Positions 24,736-37,726 of a stretch of 64,000 nt of DNA are shown piece after piece. Position 1 is the first letter of the stretch. Each line of letters opens with the position of its first letter. The stretch comes from Eledone cirrhosa (taxonomy: Eukaryota). Position numbers and translations under genes: made by a program. The stretch is from contig OZ024742.1 of the NCBI GenBank assembly GCA_964016885.1, positions 325,252,001-325,316,000 of the forward strand. The letters run 5' to 3'. The notes under the pieces were generated by a model that saw nothing but the letters and a program-made list of their open reading frames with translations, made no database searches and was not told the origin of the DNA.

Positions 24736-26082
24736 CTACCACTAACTGCCCCCTCTCTACTTTAACTATAGAGTTCTCCCAATAAACAGACAGTCACACA
24801 CTTAGGTAGTTAGACGGCTAAGATTGTTTGCGTACTTACAAACGATACTCGGCCTGGTTCAACGGAGTTCTCACAGCTGAGTGCTCTTTTTTAGAATACC
24901 TAGCTAGTGAATAGTTAGATTGATTACACACTTAGTTAGACCGATTACGCTCTCTATACATAACACTACACACATTACCCGTTTCCTTTAGACATTGAGC
25001 TCCCACAATTACGACTGTCACGTTCCTACCGACGAAACACTACACCAGGTTTTGATCCGTGATCATCTAACCATGGAGGACTCACTGTTACGGTTTGAAC
25101 AATAATACTGACACACCATTAATGGGCCTACACACATCCCTTGGATTTTACTATCCTGTGTTTTTTTACTTCACCCTCTATGTTGGATAACACACCTCCA
25201 CCACCCAAACAACTATCTTAAAAGCTCATTGGCCCATATGACGGGAAATCGCACTTGCGGACGCATTTACCCAATACCCAACCTTACACGGAGCCCTTTG
25301 CTGACCTACATTGCGGTTGCTTGCACGGACGGATTTGGTAACTCGGATTCTCAATGGGACAGCGGTATCTACTGAGTTCGACATGAGCTGATTGCTTGCT
25401 CTCCACATGGATGTGTATATACCCGGACATACCCCTTTTTTGGACGATTCGGATGTGTATATACCATAACATACACTTGAAGATATGGATGTTACAATTC
25501 GATCTATACACGTATAGCAGAACACTGAACTGAACTTACTTGAGTGTATGTGTGTGTGTGGGGGGGGGGGGGGCGTTGATTAACCCAATATTTCCAATTT
25601 ACATCGTCAAATTGAGATTTGACCAATATAGCTTATGTTGCTTTGTGAACTAACTTTCGGTGAGTGCTGTGTTGGTACATTCTTATATTTGTTTTCTTAT
25701 ATTTGTTTTTTCTCGGACACCGCTTCGGTGTGTGTGAAAGTGTGTGTGTACCCACCCACACTAACTCTAGATGTTTAATACTGTGTTGATGTGTGTATAT
25801 ATATGTATATATTTTTCTTTGACCTCGAACCGGTGTATATGGGTGTGGTATGTGTGTGTACCCACTCACATTCACTGTGACTGACTGTATCCCTACAGAT
25901 TTGATTGATGTCCAGCGTCTTTTGCAGCGATAGAAATCTGAAAACTTTTATGACCTCAACTGAAGCTAATTGCAGTCGCCGTGTTTCAGACTGGTGTGTA
26001 TCCATATGAGGGAATGAATTCTGTGAGAGAACATCGTTATTTTTCTTCTCCCTCATATCAAGAATTTGAAGACAATTCATTT

Positions 26083-26156
26083 TCACCTCATGAGATCAGT
26101 GATAATCGATCATGGCTTCACAATCGATCTCTCTCTTATTGAAACATGTGTCGTGA
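26083..26156 (+). ncRNA. Mirror hammerhead copy with a G5>C core mutation (CUCAUGA)
   Basis: TCAC-CTCATGA-GATCAGTG...CTTATT-GAAA-CATGT-GTC-GTGA-TTAAA. Confidence 0.65.
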
Positions 26157-26369
26157 TTAAATGATTGGAATTTTACCTTGCCTTCGGATTTTCATTTTGA
26201 TACTTATACTCTGTTTTACATCTTTTAGCTGTTCCTTTCAATGAAATTGGAGATATACAAAAGCGTGGAGAACTTAATATGGCTAACATAAAGTTATTGG
26301 ACCATTTTACACAACCAATAATGCACCTTACTATATATAAACTATATATATATATATATATATAGATTA

Positions 26370-27190
26370 TCATTATTATTATTATGAATATTATTATTGT
26401 TTCGTTTTCCTCCTTCAGCTTCTAATGCTGGAGATGTAATGCGGGTTCGGCTGTTTACTGTCCGTGAACCGATATATCACCTCCTAGTTTTCAAGCATCA
26501 TCCGACTGTTCCAAGCATCATCGAGCTGTCCCAAGCAGTGTTATTTTCTGCAAGTGATCTACTCTAATCGCAACCCCTATTCGTCTAATATACTTCTCAA
26601 GATCTTTACTTGCTCTACCTATGTCTTCAACTATTGTTGGGAATATGACTACGTTTTTCAATGAACACAACTACTGAACCGTTCAAGCTTACCTAACGTA
26701 TCTATCGAAGTGTTCCCTTCTTTATCGCATACATAGTTGTCATTTGGCCATGCTATATCTATAATCAAATACTGTGTGTATTCTTACTGAATTATCACAA
26801 TATCAAGTTACCTATGCCCTGTCCAATGTTCATACTCTATCACAAAGTTGCACTGGATCTTTGCATTATCATTTCCGACAACATATTCGGATTTACATTC
26901 GTAATACTTTCTGTCCTGTCAAGTTCATACTTGCCATAAAATGCTCAATTAACTATCATTATTATGTTATCGTGACACCTATTACATTTTTATCACGTTT
27001 TGCTGCGTAGTTTCCAGTGTGTTTGACGCAGCTGGTTCTTAATGCTTGTTCTTGAGCAGCACAGATTAAGGCTGCTTCTTCCGGTGATAAATTAATTTTC
27101 GCCATCCATAAAACCACATTTATTCTCTGTTTGTCTTGGAAAGGACTCGTGCAACCCATCCAAGCGTGGATAAGTGGACGGAAAAACGAT
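26370..27190 (-). mobile_element. Decayed 5'-truncated R4/Dong-like non-LTR retrotransposon
   Basis: Minus-strand peptide LSPEEAALICAAQEQALRT is typical of the post-RT region of R4-clade RLE elements; (AAT)n-like tail at ~26370-26400. Confidence 0.6.
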
Positions 27191-27337
27191 GACTACCATG
27201 TTCCTGATCTTAGAGAATTTATCATGCCGGAAATTTTAGAATCAGTAACCACAATACATTTTCAGAAAATATATCAAATCTTGATTGAAATTTCCTTATT
27301 GTCTGTAACCACTAGCTCGCCGGGCACATCTGCTAGG

Positions 27338-27383
<46 letters not shown>

Positions 27384-27392
27384 ACACCACAC

Positions 27393-27426
<34 letters not shown>

Positions 27427-27523
27427 AATGAGGTAATTCCGTCGGAAAGGTCCAGGAAAAAAGAGTGCTGTATGTATGTTACTGAGCTTAATAATTATGT
27501 AATAAACAACATATGAAAATTAT

Positions 27524-27582
27524 TTCATTTACCTGTGGTTTCTTGAAAGCAAACAAAATTTGCTTGCAGTCATCAGAAGGAA
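27524..27582 (-). ncRNA. Type-I hammerhead ribozyme (left arm)
   Basis: Minus: UUCCUU-CUGAUGA-CUGCAAGCAAA UUUUG UUUGCUUUCAA-GAAA-CCACAG-GUA-AAUGAA. Confidence 0.65.
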
Positions 27583-27769
27583 AAAAATCCTGGTGTATTT
27601 ATTGACAGTGGTTTTTTTAAAAACAAAAATATAATCTATATGAAAGTGAGGCTGGAAAAGGAAGAAGCAAAGGAAAAAGAATAAATATAAATGTAGAAAA
27701 ACACACATGCACACACACACATACCCAGACACACACACACGCACACACACATTTACATACACACATATA

Positions 27770-27821
<52 letters not shown>

Positions 27822-28404
27822 TACACACATATATACGCATACACACACATATATATACATACATACATATATATCTATCCATACATACACATACACACAA
27901 ATACACAAACACACACACATGTATATATATATATGGATGTGTATATGATTATGTGCCTGTATATATATATATACATATATATATACACACACATAATCAT
28001 ACATATATACACACGTACATACACACACATACACACACGCATATATACACGCATACATACGCACACACATATATAGATATATGTACACACACCTACATAC
28101 GCACACAAAACAATTAATTATAAGAAAAAATAATAATAACAATAAAAAACAATGGACAACCATATAATGCAAAAGGCCGTCATATCAAAATAAAAATAAA
28201 AAATATACGACTTAAGAAAATAAAAATAATAATTATTATAAAGTTGACAGCGATACAAGAAAGGACACAAATAAATAAACAAACACACGTGGTAGGCAAT
28301 ACACACATTTACACATACACATACATACATATAAATATATACATACACACACACACATATATACATATATATATATACATACATATATATATATACACAT
28401 ATAT

Positions 28405-28468
<64 letters not shown>

Positions 28469-28577
28469 GATCGAGTATCGAAAAATCGGCGCACGAGTTC
28501 ACGATAAACGAGATTCGACATGAACGGCAGAGGGATATATATATATATATATACACACACATACATACATACACACA

Positions 28578-29077
28578 TGTAGCGCCACCGGAAATAACAT
28601 CTGTGAAATATACAGCGCCATCTACCTGTTAGCTAGCTACTTCACCGTGAAACAAAACAACCCTTAAAAGCTACCAGAATAAACGCCTACACAGCGACTA
28701 CACATAAAACGATAATTTCTGTATAAATAGAGTGGTTCCAAACACTTCGCCAGTCAATTTTTTGGCAGAGTCAACCCTCGCATCGTTGTTCCTTTACTCT
28801 GCCACGCTTTGTCACTCACACACGCCTTGTACCCCCTATCGTCGCTTCATGTGAAAATAAATAGCTGATCGAATTTACATCTTGCCTTGCTTCGTCCTTT
28901 CAACTTGTGCTTTCGTCTGTCCATCCTCAACAGTTCTTTTAAGGGCTATATGCGACAACAATCCTTTTAAGGGCTGTCTTCAGATCTGATCAGACAGTAT
29001 GCGATAACAGTCCTTCTAAGGGCTATTCTCGGTTCTGATCGGAAGTAGTGACCAGACTGACTAACCACGTCGCTATA
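28578..29077 (+). repeat. 5' LTR
   Basis: TGTAGCGCCACCGG...CACGTCGCTATA; TATAAATA and AATAAA inside; about 20 differences from the 3' LTR by eye. Confidence 0.95.
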
Positions 29078-29079
29078 AG

Positions 29080-29111
29080 TGGTGACCCCGACGTGATTCG
29101 AACGCGCAACC
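29080..29111 (+). promoter_or_regulatory. Primer-binding site complementary to the tRNA-Trp 3' end (32 nt)
   Basis: The reverse complement of TGGTGACCCCGACGTGATTCGAACGCGCAACC is GGTTGCGCGTTCGAATCACGTCGGGGTCACCA, the 3' half of metazoan tRNA-Trp. Confidence 0.88.
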
Positions 29112-29137
29112 AGACAGCACCTAAGAAAATATCAACA

Positions 29138-32100
29138 TGGACATGTCACAACCAACGCAGAGGCCGAGATTTCAGAGCTGCGGGCTGTGATCAGAGAGCG
29201 GGCTGGTCAAATTAAAGCCCTCTCGAATCAAGTAGAGAACTTGTCCTTTCAAACACACGGGCGACGCAGCAACAGTCGATCCAGGCCTTTTCACAGTCGA
29301 AGATCCAGAAGTCCCAGTCCAAATCGTGTGCCTGGCAACCTCTGCTTGTATCACTCAAATTTCGTACGCACAGGCATCTAAGTGCAAGGCCCCGTGCTCT
29401 TTCCGGAATACCACAGAGGGCCTAGCGACGACGTTCACTCCTGGTACTGAAAAGAAAAGTCATCTATTTTTCATTAACGACCAGGCGACAGGCATCCGTT
29501 ACCTCGTGGATACAGGAGCCCAGGTTAGTGTTTTTTCTGTTTCACTAATCCCGGGCAAAAGACACCCAACGCCGTCCTTTCTGCAGGCAGTGAACCAATC
29601 GTCAATTCCGACTTTCGGGGAAAAATCACTGACCCTCAATTTAGGCCTGAGGCGGCGTTTTAAATGGGTGTTCGTCGTGGCAGACCTGCCGACACCTATC
29701 CTAGGAGCCGCTTTTATCCACCACTTCAACCTTCTAGTGGATATGAAGAACCGGAGGCTTATCGACACCACCACAAATCTCACTGTGAGAGGTATATTTA
29801 CCACGCAATCCACAGTGAGCCCTGTAATTTGCCAGTCAGAGCCTTCGCGGTACAACTGCATTCTCCAGAAATACCCAGACATCACTCGCTCGGTATATAA
29901 GGATGGTCCTATTAAGAATAGTGTCACGCACCACATCAAGACAAGGGGACCACCCACATCTGCCTGACCAAGGAGACTGCCTCCAGACCGATTGAGAATC
30001 GCCAAACAGGAGTTCCAACACATGCTGGACCTCGGAATCATTCGCCCTTCCTCCAGCAACTGGTCTGCACCCTTACACCTTGTTCCTAAAAAAACCGAGA
30101 ATGATTGGCGACAATGTGGGGATTATCGTGCACTTAACAATTCTATAGTGCCCGATAACTTCCATGTACCTCACCTACACGATTTTTCTGTCTCTCTGCA
30201 AAACGCACGCATCTTTTCCAAGATAGATTTGGTGCGTGCATATAACCAGAGACTTATGGAGCCTGCAGATATTCCGAAGACCGCAATCACAACACCGTTC
30301 GCTTTATTCGAATTTCTGCGAATGCCGTTCGGTCTGCGCAACGCTGCACAGACTTTTCAGCGGTTTATTGACACCGTGTTACGCGATCTACCTTTAGTAC
30401 ACGCGTATATTGACGACGTGCTGGTAGCAAGTACTTCCGAGCAAGAACACGAGAAGCACTTAAATCTCCTTTTCCAACGTTTGGCTGAGTACGGTATCAT
30501 CATCAACCCCAGCAAGTGCCTTCTCGGCGTTCCTTCACTGTCCTTTCTCGGGCACATCATCGATAAAGACGGCATTTGTCCACTTCCCGAGAAAGTAGAA
30601 GCTATCCGCAGTTTTCCCGCACCTACATCACTTCGGAAACTGCGTGAATTCCTCGGTCTGGTGAAGTTTTATAGGCGTTTTATCCCTCATTGTTCCGACG
30701 CAGCCAGACTCCTCACGGACCTTCTCGTAACCGGACTTGCAAAAACGAAAAGATCACTCTAAACGAGGAAGAATTAACATCTTTTAACCGCCTGAAGGAA
30801 ATGTTGGCAAACGCTTCCATGCTCGTTTTCCCCAGGTCTGGCGCTCCTCTTTCGCTGCTAGTGGATGCATCAGACACGGGGGTTGGAGGCGTTTTACATC
30901 ATGTCGACGGCGTGTGGCAACCCTTATACTTCTTTTCTAAGCGGTTGCAACTGGCAGAAACGAAATACAGTACCTTTGGCCGCGAACTCTTGGCAACCTA
31001 TCTTTCGGTTAAGCATTTCCGGCACATGCTCGAAGGATCAGATTTCGTGATCTACACGGACCATAAACCACTAGTTTATGCGTTCCGTACCAAACCTGAT
31101 CGACATTCACCGAGAGAACTCCGACACCTGGATTTTGTCTCCCAATATTCAACTGATATTCGGCATATCAAGGGATCAGACAACGTAGCAGCCGACGCCC
31201 TGTCCCGAATCCAGCTGAACGCAATACATGTGCATTCAGGCATCGACATACAACAGATCGCAGCTGACCAAGAGACTGACGAAGTGTTTATAAAGCTCCG
31301 AGATTCGCCATCCCTCAAGTTTCAGCAAGTTCCCATTCCTTCTTCCCCGGGACAAATTTGGTGCGACTTTTCTACCGGTCATGAAGGACCGTACGTACTA
31401 CAGATGCATCGTCGACAAGTTTTTTCTGCTTTACACTGCTTGTCTCACCCGGGAATCCGGGCTACACAGAAACTCATCTCTGCTCGTTTTGTGTGGACTA
31501 ACATTAACAAGGACGTGCGCGACTGGTCCAGGAGCTGCATTCCCTGCTAGAAAGCCAAAGTCCACAGACACACTCGGCACATTCGCACAACCTGATGCAC
31601 GTTTTCATCATGTGCATATCAACATCGTCGGACCTCTACCATCATCACGGAACTACACACACTTGCTCACCTGCATAGATCGATTTTCTTGTTGGCCTGA
31701 GGCTTTTCCCATAAATGATACCTCAGCGGAAACAGTCGCTAAACTTTGGTTTTACACTGGGTATCACGTTATGGCGCCCCAGCGAAGATAACAACGGACA
31801 GAGGACGCCAATTTGACTCCCACCTCTTCAGGGAACTGACTCGTCTGTTAGGATGTAAACACATCCGCACGACAGCTTATCACCCGCAAGCTAATGGTCT
31901 CGTGGAAAGATTCCATCGCCAATTGAAAGCTGCAATAAAAGCATATCCAGACAAAACCCACTGGTTTGAATACCTACCACTCATCCTTCTGGGCATTCGA
32001 TCCACCGTTAAGGAGGAATTCGGACACACACCTGCAGAATTAGATTAGTGTACGGCACCACCCTGGTTCTATCTGGTCAGATGGTTGCTCCCATCTCTCC

Positions 32101-32520
32101 TCAAGATGTTCCAGACCCAGGATCATACGTACACTGTCTTCGACAATATATGTCTCACCTTGCTCCTGCAAGCACCCGTCAACAGAACACGGCCACACGC
32201 GTACCTTCAGGCATTAAAAATTGGACACACGTTTCGTTCGAAACGACACCATCTCAGCTCATCTTCGACCTCCATATTCTGGCCCTTATCGTGTTCTAAA
32301 AAAATATCCGAAATATTTTATTCTCGATCTAGATGGTAAACAGAATTTTGTCAGCGTGGACAGATTAAAAAAAGCCATCATGGATACTGTTACAGTCTCT
32401 ACACCAGAAACTCCAACAGATAGCTGTCCCAGCAAGCCACCTGTTTCATCTCCAGTAAGGAGTAGTGGACGACGCGTCCATTGGCCCGCCAAGTTGGCAC
32501 AATATCTGAATTACCGTTAA
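29138..32520 (+). pseudogene. Gypsy gag remnant + pol (protease, RT, RNase H, integrase) with stops and frameshifts
   Basis: CLYHSNF..A.KCKAPC; LVDTGAQVS; WRQCGDYRALN, FSKIDLVRAYNQ, MPFGLRNAAQTFQR, YIDD; VDASDTGVGG, YTDHKPL; HCLSHPG..CIPC; [23 protein letters not shown]. Confidence 0.93.
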
Positions 32521-32684
32521 CCTCAAGTGAGTTTCTTCATCATTCTTCTTGCAAAACATTCCCATTTCCCCTGTGTTTACTATTTCCAGTTTCAAATACA
32601 ATGAACTTTCTGCTTGAACAATTGCAATTTTTAGTGATCATGTGCTCATTTCACGAAGAACATTATTTATTATGAACATTATTT

Positions 32685-32871
32685 GGCGGTGGATTGGTAG
32701 TATCGGTAGAGGGTCGGACGCCATGCTTTCCACCATAGTTACGTCCCTTTACGATCTGAGTTCAAATCCTGCCGAGGTTGACTTTGCCTTTCATCCTTAC
32801 GGGGTCGATAAAATAAAGTACCAGTAAGGCACTGGGTAATTGCTGGCCTTGTGCCTAAAGTAGAAACAATT
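32685..32871 (+). mobile_element. SINE family 2 copy nested inside the Gypsy element
   Basis: Very similar to 7622-7807; lies between the end of pol and the 3' LTR. Confidence 0.85.
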
Positions 32872-33650
32872 ATTTATTACAAACACTATATAAAAAACAA
32901 ACATTGTGTATATCATTGTGTATAACATTTTTTTCTTCTCTCTCTTGTTTTGCAAATTTTTTTATTTTTCTTGTTCTGTAACATTGATTGTGTAATTGCC
33001 ATAATTTTTATAGACATACAAGGCGTGTACATATTCTGTTTTTTCATGCACACTACAAAACCACGTTGTTTCACCTTTTGGTTCATACACGGAGCAATAG
33101 ATAGTTTTGTCCCTCTAACTCTTACACTACAAAAAAATGTTTTCTCTTTGATCACGCATTTCACAAATCGCATCCTCAAAACACTGGCCTTCTTTTTTCA
33201 CATACACATTCACTCAATAGCTCTAGAAAGCCTCGCTATTTTTTTACCACATGCATTCGCTCAAGTCATATGCTGTGGAGCAAACTGTTACTTTTAGGCT
33301 GCATGCTTACGGCCATTCAGTTCACACATTACGGTTATCTTCACTGCCCAGTTAGACTTTTTGTCACGCAATTCACACGCACGCAGCTCAACCCAAATTG
33401 CAACAGGCTCATTCATCACGCCTGCATAAATCTGGTCAAAGTCATTTTATAGTTTATTTCCTTTTTCTCTTCCTGACACACACATCTTACCATATCATCT
33501 CTACATCGACTCTGTCCTGTACTCGATGATCACACAATTTCACAATGTGCTGGACACTCCTGGGGCTATTGTCATGACAATTGCACCACTGGCACATTAC
33601 TATACGATATTTCGCTCTTTTGTGGTACAAAAGATCTGGCAGAGGGTTAA

Positions 33651-34147
33651 TGTACAGCCACCGGAAATAACATCTGTGAAATATACAGCGCCATCTACCT
33701 GTTAGCTAGCTACCTCACCTTGAAACAAAACAACCCTTAAAAGCTACCAGAATAAACGCCTACACAGCGACTACACATAAAACAATTATTTCTGTATAAA
33801 TAGAGTGGTTCCAAACATTTCGCCAGTCGACTTTTGGCAGAGTCAACCCTCGCATCGTTGTTCCTTTACTCTGCCACGCTTTATCACTCACACACACCTT
33901 GTACCTCGTATCGTCGCTTCATGTGAAAATAAATAGCTGATCGAATTTACATCTTGCCTTGCTTCGTCCTTTCAACTTGTGCTTTCGTCTGTCCATCCTC
34001 AACAATTCTTTTAAGGGCTATATGCGACAACAGTCCTTTTAAGGGCTGTCTTCAGATCTGATCAGACAGTATGCGATAACAGTCCTTCTAAGGGTTATTC
34101 TCGGATCTGATCGGAAGTAGTGACCAGACTGCTGACTAACCACGTCG

Positions 34148-34152
<5 letters not shown>
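33651..34152 (+). repeat. 3' LTR
   Basis: TGTACAGCCACCGG...CACGTCGCTACA, preceded by a degenerate polypurine tract GGCAGAGGG. Confidence 0.95.
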
Positions 34153-34236
<84 letters not shown>

Positions 34237-34403
34237 AAAATACATAAATATTATATATATATAAAAATAAAAAGTTGGAAGGGGTAAACAAATAGTTGGG
34301 AATACGATAAATAATAAATAAATAAATAATTAGATAAAGGTATAAATGTTTTTACCCCTTCAACCTTTTTATTTTTATATATATATAATATTTATGTATT
34401 TTC

Positions 34404-34435
<32 letters not shown>

Positions 34436-35009
34436 ATGTGTGTGTGTATATATATATGTGTGTGTGTATATATGTGTATATATATATGTATGTATGTATA
34501 TATATATATATGTATATCTGTGTGTATGTGTATGTATATATTTATATGTATGTATGTGTATGTGTAAATGTGTGTATTGCTTACCACGTGTGTTTGTTTA
34601 TTTATTTGTGTCCTTTCCTGTATCTCTGTCACCTTTATAATAATTTTTATTTTTATTTTCTCAAGTCGTATATTTTTTTTTGATGTGACGGCCTTTTGTA
34701 TTATATGGTTGTCCATTGTTTTTTATTTTTATTATTATTTTTTCTTATAATTAATTGTGTGTGTGCGTATGTAGGTGTGTGTACATATATCTATATATGT
34801 GTGTGTGCGTATGTATGCGTGTATGTATGTGTGTATGTATGTGTGTGTATGTACGTGTGTATATATGTATGATTATGTTTGTGTGTGTATATATATATAT
34901 ATATATACATGTGTGTGTGTTTGTGTATTTGTGTGTATGTGTATGTATTGATGTATATATATATATATATGTATGTATATATATATGTGTGTATGTGTAT
35001 ATATGTGTG

Positions 35010-35074
<65 letters not shown>

Positions 35075-35229
35075 GTGTGTATGTGTGTGTGTGTGTGTGT
35101 GTGTGCATGTGTGTTTATCTACTTTTATATTTATTCTTTTTCCTTTCCTTCTTCCTTTTTCAGTCTCACTTTCATATAGATTATATTTTTGCTTTTAAAA
35201 TCCACTGTCAATAAATACACCAGGATTTT

Positions 35230-35288
35230 TTCCTTCTGATGACTGAAAGCAAATTTCGTTTGCTTTCAAGAAACCACTGGTAAATGTA
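35230..35288 (+). ncRNA. Type-I hammerhead ribozyme (right arm)
   Basis: TTCCTT-CTGATGA-C TGAAAGCAAA TTTCG TTTGCTTTCA A-GAAA-CCACTG-GTA-AATG; 10-bp stem II; predicted cleavage after A35282; stem I is weak. Confidence 0.68.
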
Positions 35289-35314
35289 ATACTTATCTTA
35301 TGTTGTTTATTACA

Positions 35315-35346
<32 letters not shown>

Positions 35347-35431
35347 GGAACGAGTATGACCCCGACGTACCCTAAGTATTGAGTACTTTGGTGCGTTATG
35401 GTCGATCTGGTTCCTTACCACATTCGTTTGT

Positions 35432-35468
<37 letters not shown>

Positions 35469-36931
35469 CATTTTGCTATGTTCTTAATCATAATTGAAAT
35501 ATTCTTAGTAATATACCTGAAACATATTTTGAATAAATTATTGTCTGTAATATACAAACTTTAGCCTGGATAAAGCATATTTTACCGGATTTATGGTATA
35601 ATAAAATATATTTTAATCCACTTTTTAAAAGTTGCTACTCCCTTGTAGTTAAATAAATTAATTTTAGTTTGAGATGCTAAAATGTTTGTGGATATTGTAA
35701 TTTTCATGTGTCTTCTCATTAACAGTTATTTAATTGTATACTGAATAGCAGTAGCTAAACCACGTAGGGTTAATGCCATTTCGTTTTTCTTTTAGCTGTA
35801 GTAACTGTCCAGTCTAGATAATATATCCCACAGAGAAATATGCATTAGAGTTTTTCTTGAAATGGCTATTAATAAAGCTAGTCAGCTGACGAACCATGTC
35901 TTAACTGGTTAATTAGTTATATTAATTAGCTAGTAATTACAATCATAGTTATACAGCGGTTTGGACAAATATGCAGGTAAAATTATATTTTTTCCTCAAA
36001 GACATTTCTTGTTTGCGATACTCTTAACCTAAATTGCAATATATCTACTATTGTACATGAATAATATATTTAGTATTATACTGAAAAATATATCGAATAA
36101 ATAAGGCTCTGCAAAATACGGGTTTCAGCTGACTTATAGTATTAGTTGAAGTAAATTTAATTTTAATCCACTTATGAATATATATATATATATATATATT
36201 GTACATAAGTGCCATGAATCAAGTATTTTAAAATTCTGAATCACTAGTATTTAACCTTCGCACCCGGCCATTAAGATAACTGCGACATAATTATAGCTTA
36301 AAACAATCATATCGAGATTTATTCATGGTATATAAATATGCATACATGTGTATACACAGGCATGCACAAACGCATGCACACGCACCCCCACCCCTGACCC
36401 CCGCACATATATATATGTATATGTATGAATGAATAATGAAAGCAATATGCCTAAGCATAGTAATCGAATTGGCGGCAGCGTTCTGCATTTTCAATATAGT
36501 GCCAGTGCAATATTTCAACATGTATATTACAACAATATTAATATCATTTACATATCTATGAATGTTGTTTCCACCTGTCAGCATCTATTTAAAAAAATGT
36601 ATTTCAGCGATTACATTCAATTAAGTATGTATTTTTATAAATATTTCAATGTTTAATCGCTCGAAAGTGGTCTATTTACAATCTGTTTTCCCATTATTTT
36701 ACAACGAAACGCAATAATATATAAAAAGAAAAATGTGTTTATTTAATGTCTATGGAATTGTTCTACTATAGTTGTTTCTCGTTACCTTTGAACAATTATG
36801 TACAGATATAAAAGATCACTCCTGTATATGAAAAAATTAGCCAATATCTATATATATAGATATATATAGATATATTTAATATAGATATGGCTTCTACAGG
36901 ACTAGAATACGGGATACACACACACGCACAC

Positions 36932-36973
<42 letters not shown>

Positions 36974-37726
36974 CCCCCCCCCCCACACATATACCCCCCC
37001 CCCCATATATATATAACAAACTAAATTAACTAAAATTGGACAAGACAACGAGCGGGAATAAAAGCTAAAGGAAAGAAAGTGATTTGTAGGCGAAACCTTA
37101 AAAAAATTGTTTTTTAAAATAAATATACACACGAAAAACAGAACATTGGTAGTGCTTAAAACTGCATTTGTTTAAAACTGCATTTGCGCTGGTAAATAAG
37201 GCCCGTTCCGTTTAAGCAATTATGTACCAGCATTATCCATGTCATTGTTTACCACAATATATTTACGAATACTCCAAACGTTTATATATATAATATAAAA
37301 CGAAAAATCAATGATGCATCTGGACTCAGTTTATTGTGTGTTACAATTGCTTCGCCGGCAGACAGTTCGAGACACGATCATTGTATGGATCTGTCTGATT
37401 CTAGATCTGCAGATTCTTCGGACGCGTGCTTCGGACGCGTGCTTCGGAACAAACTTTCTCACCCATATATATATATATATATAAATGTATATATATATAT
37501 ATCTTCCTTTCTCTTTCTCTATCTCCCCCCCCCCTCTCTCTCCCTCTCTCTCTATCTCTCTCTCTGTACAAACACACACGCACATATATATATATATATA
37601 AGTAGAGTAGTTGAGCACAAAGAAATAACCGTCTTAATACGGGAAAAGCGGGTAAAATCCCAGTGTAACAGGAAAGATGGGTACAGAAGCGTCTGCGAGG
37701 AATCAAATGCATACATACATATACAT

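Larger units (their letters stand above)
22690..26200 (+). mobile_element. 5'-truncated Penelope-like element (Nematis-like, C-terminal EN) with ~630-bp inverted terminal arms
   Basis: Arms 22690-23325 / 25578-26200 are reverse complements; the internal ORF remnant encodes RT thumb, linker and GIY-YIG; each arm has an HHR. Confidence 0.88.
28578..34152 (+). mobile_element. Ty3/Gypsy LTR retrotransposon, CsRn1-like, decayed, with most of gag deleted
   Basis: Two ~500-bp LTRs (TG..CA), tRNA-Trp PBS, CHCC gag knuckle, domain order PR-RT-RH-IN; inserted in (CA)n with an apparent CACA TSD. Confidence 0.95.
27490..35320. repeat. ~1.1-kb-arm palindrome (centre ~34315) with an HHR at each outer end, interrupted by the Gypsy element
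   Basis: 27490-28460 is the reverse complement of ~34410-35320; inner arms ~34200-34290 / 34347-34430. Confidence 0.85.
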
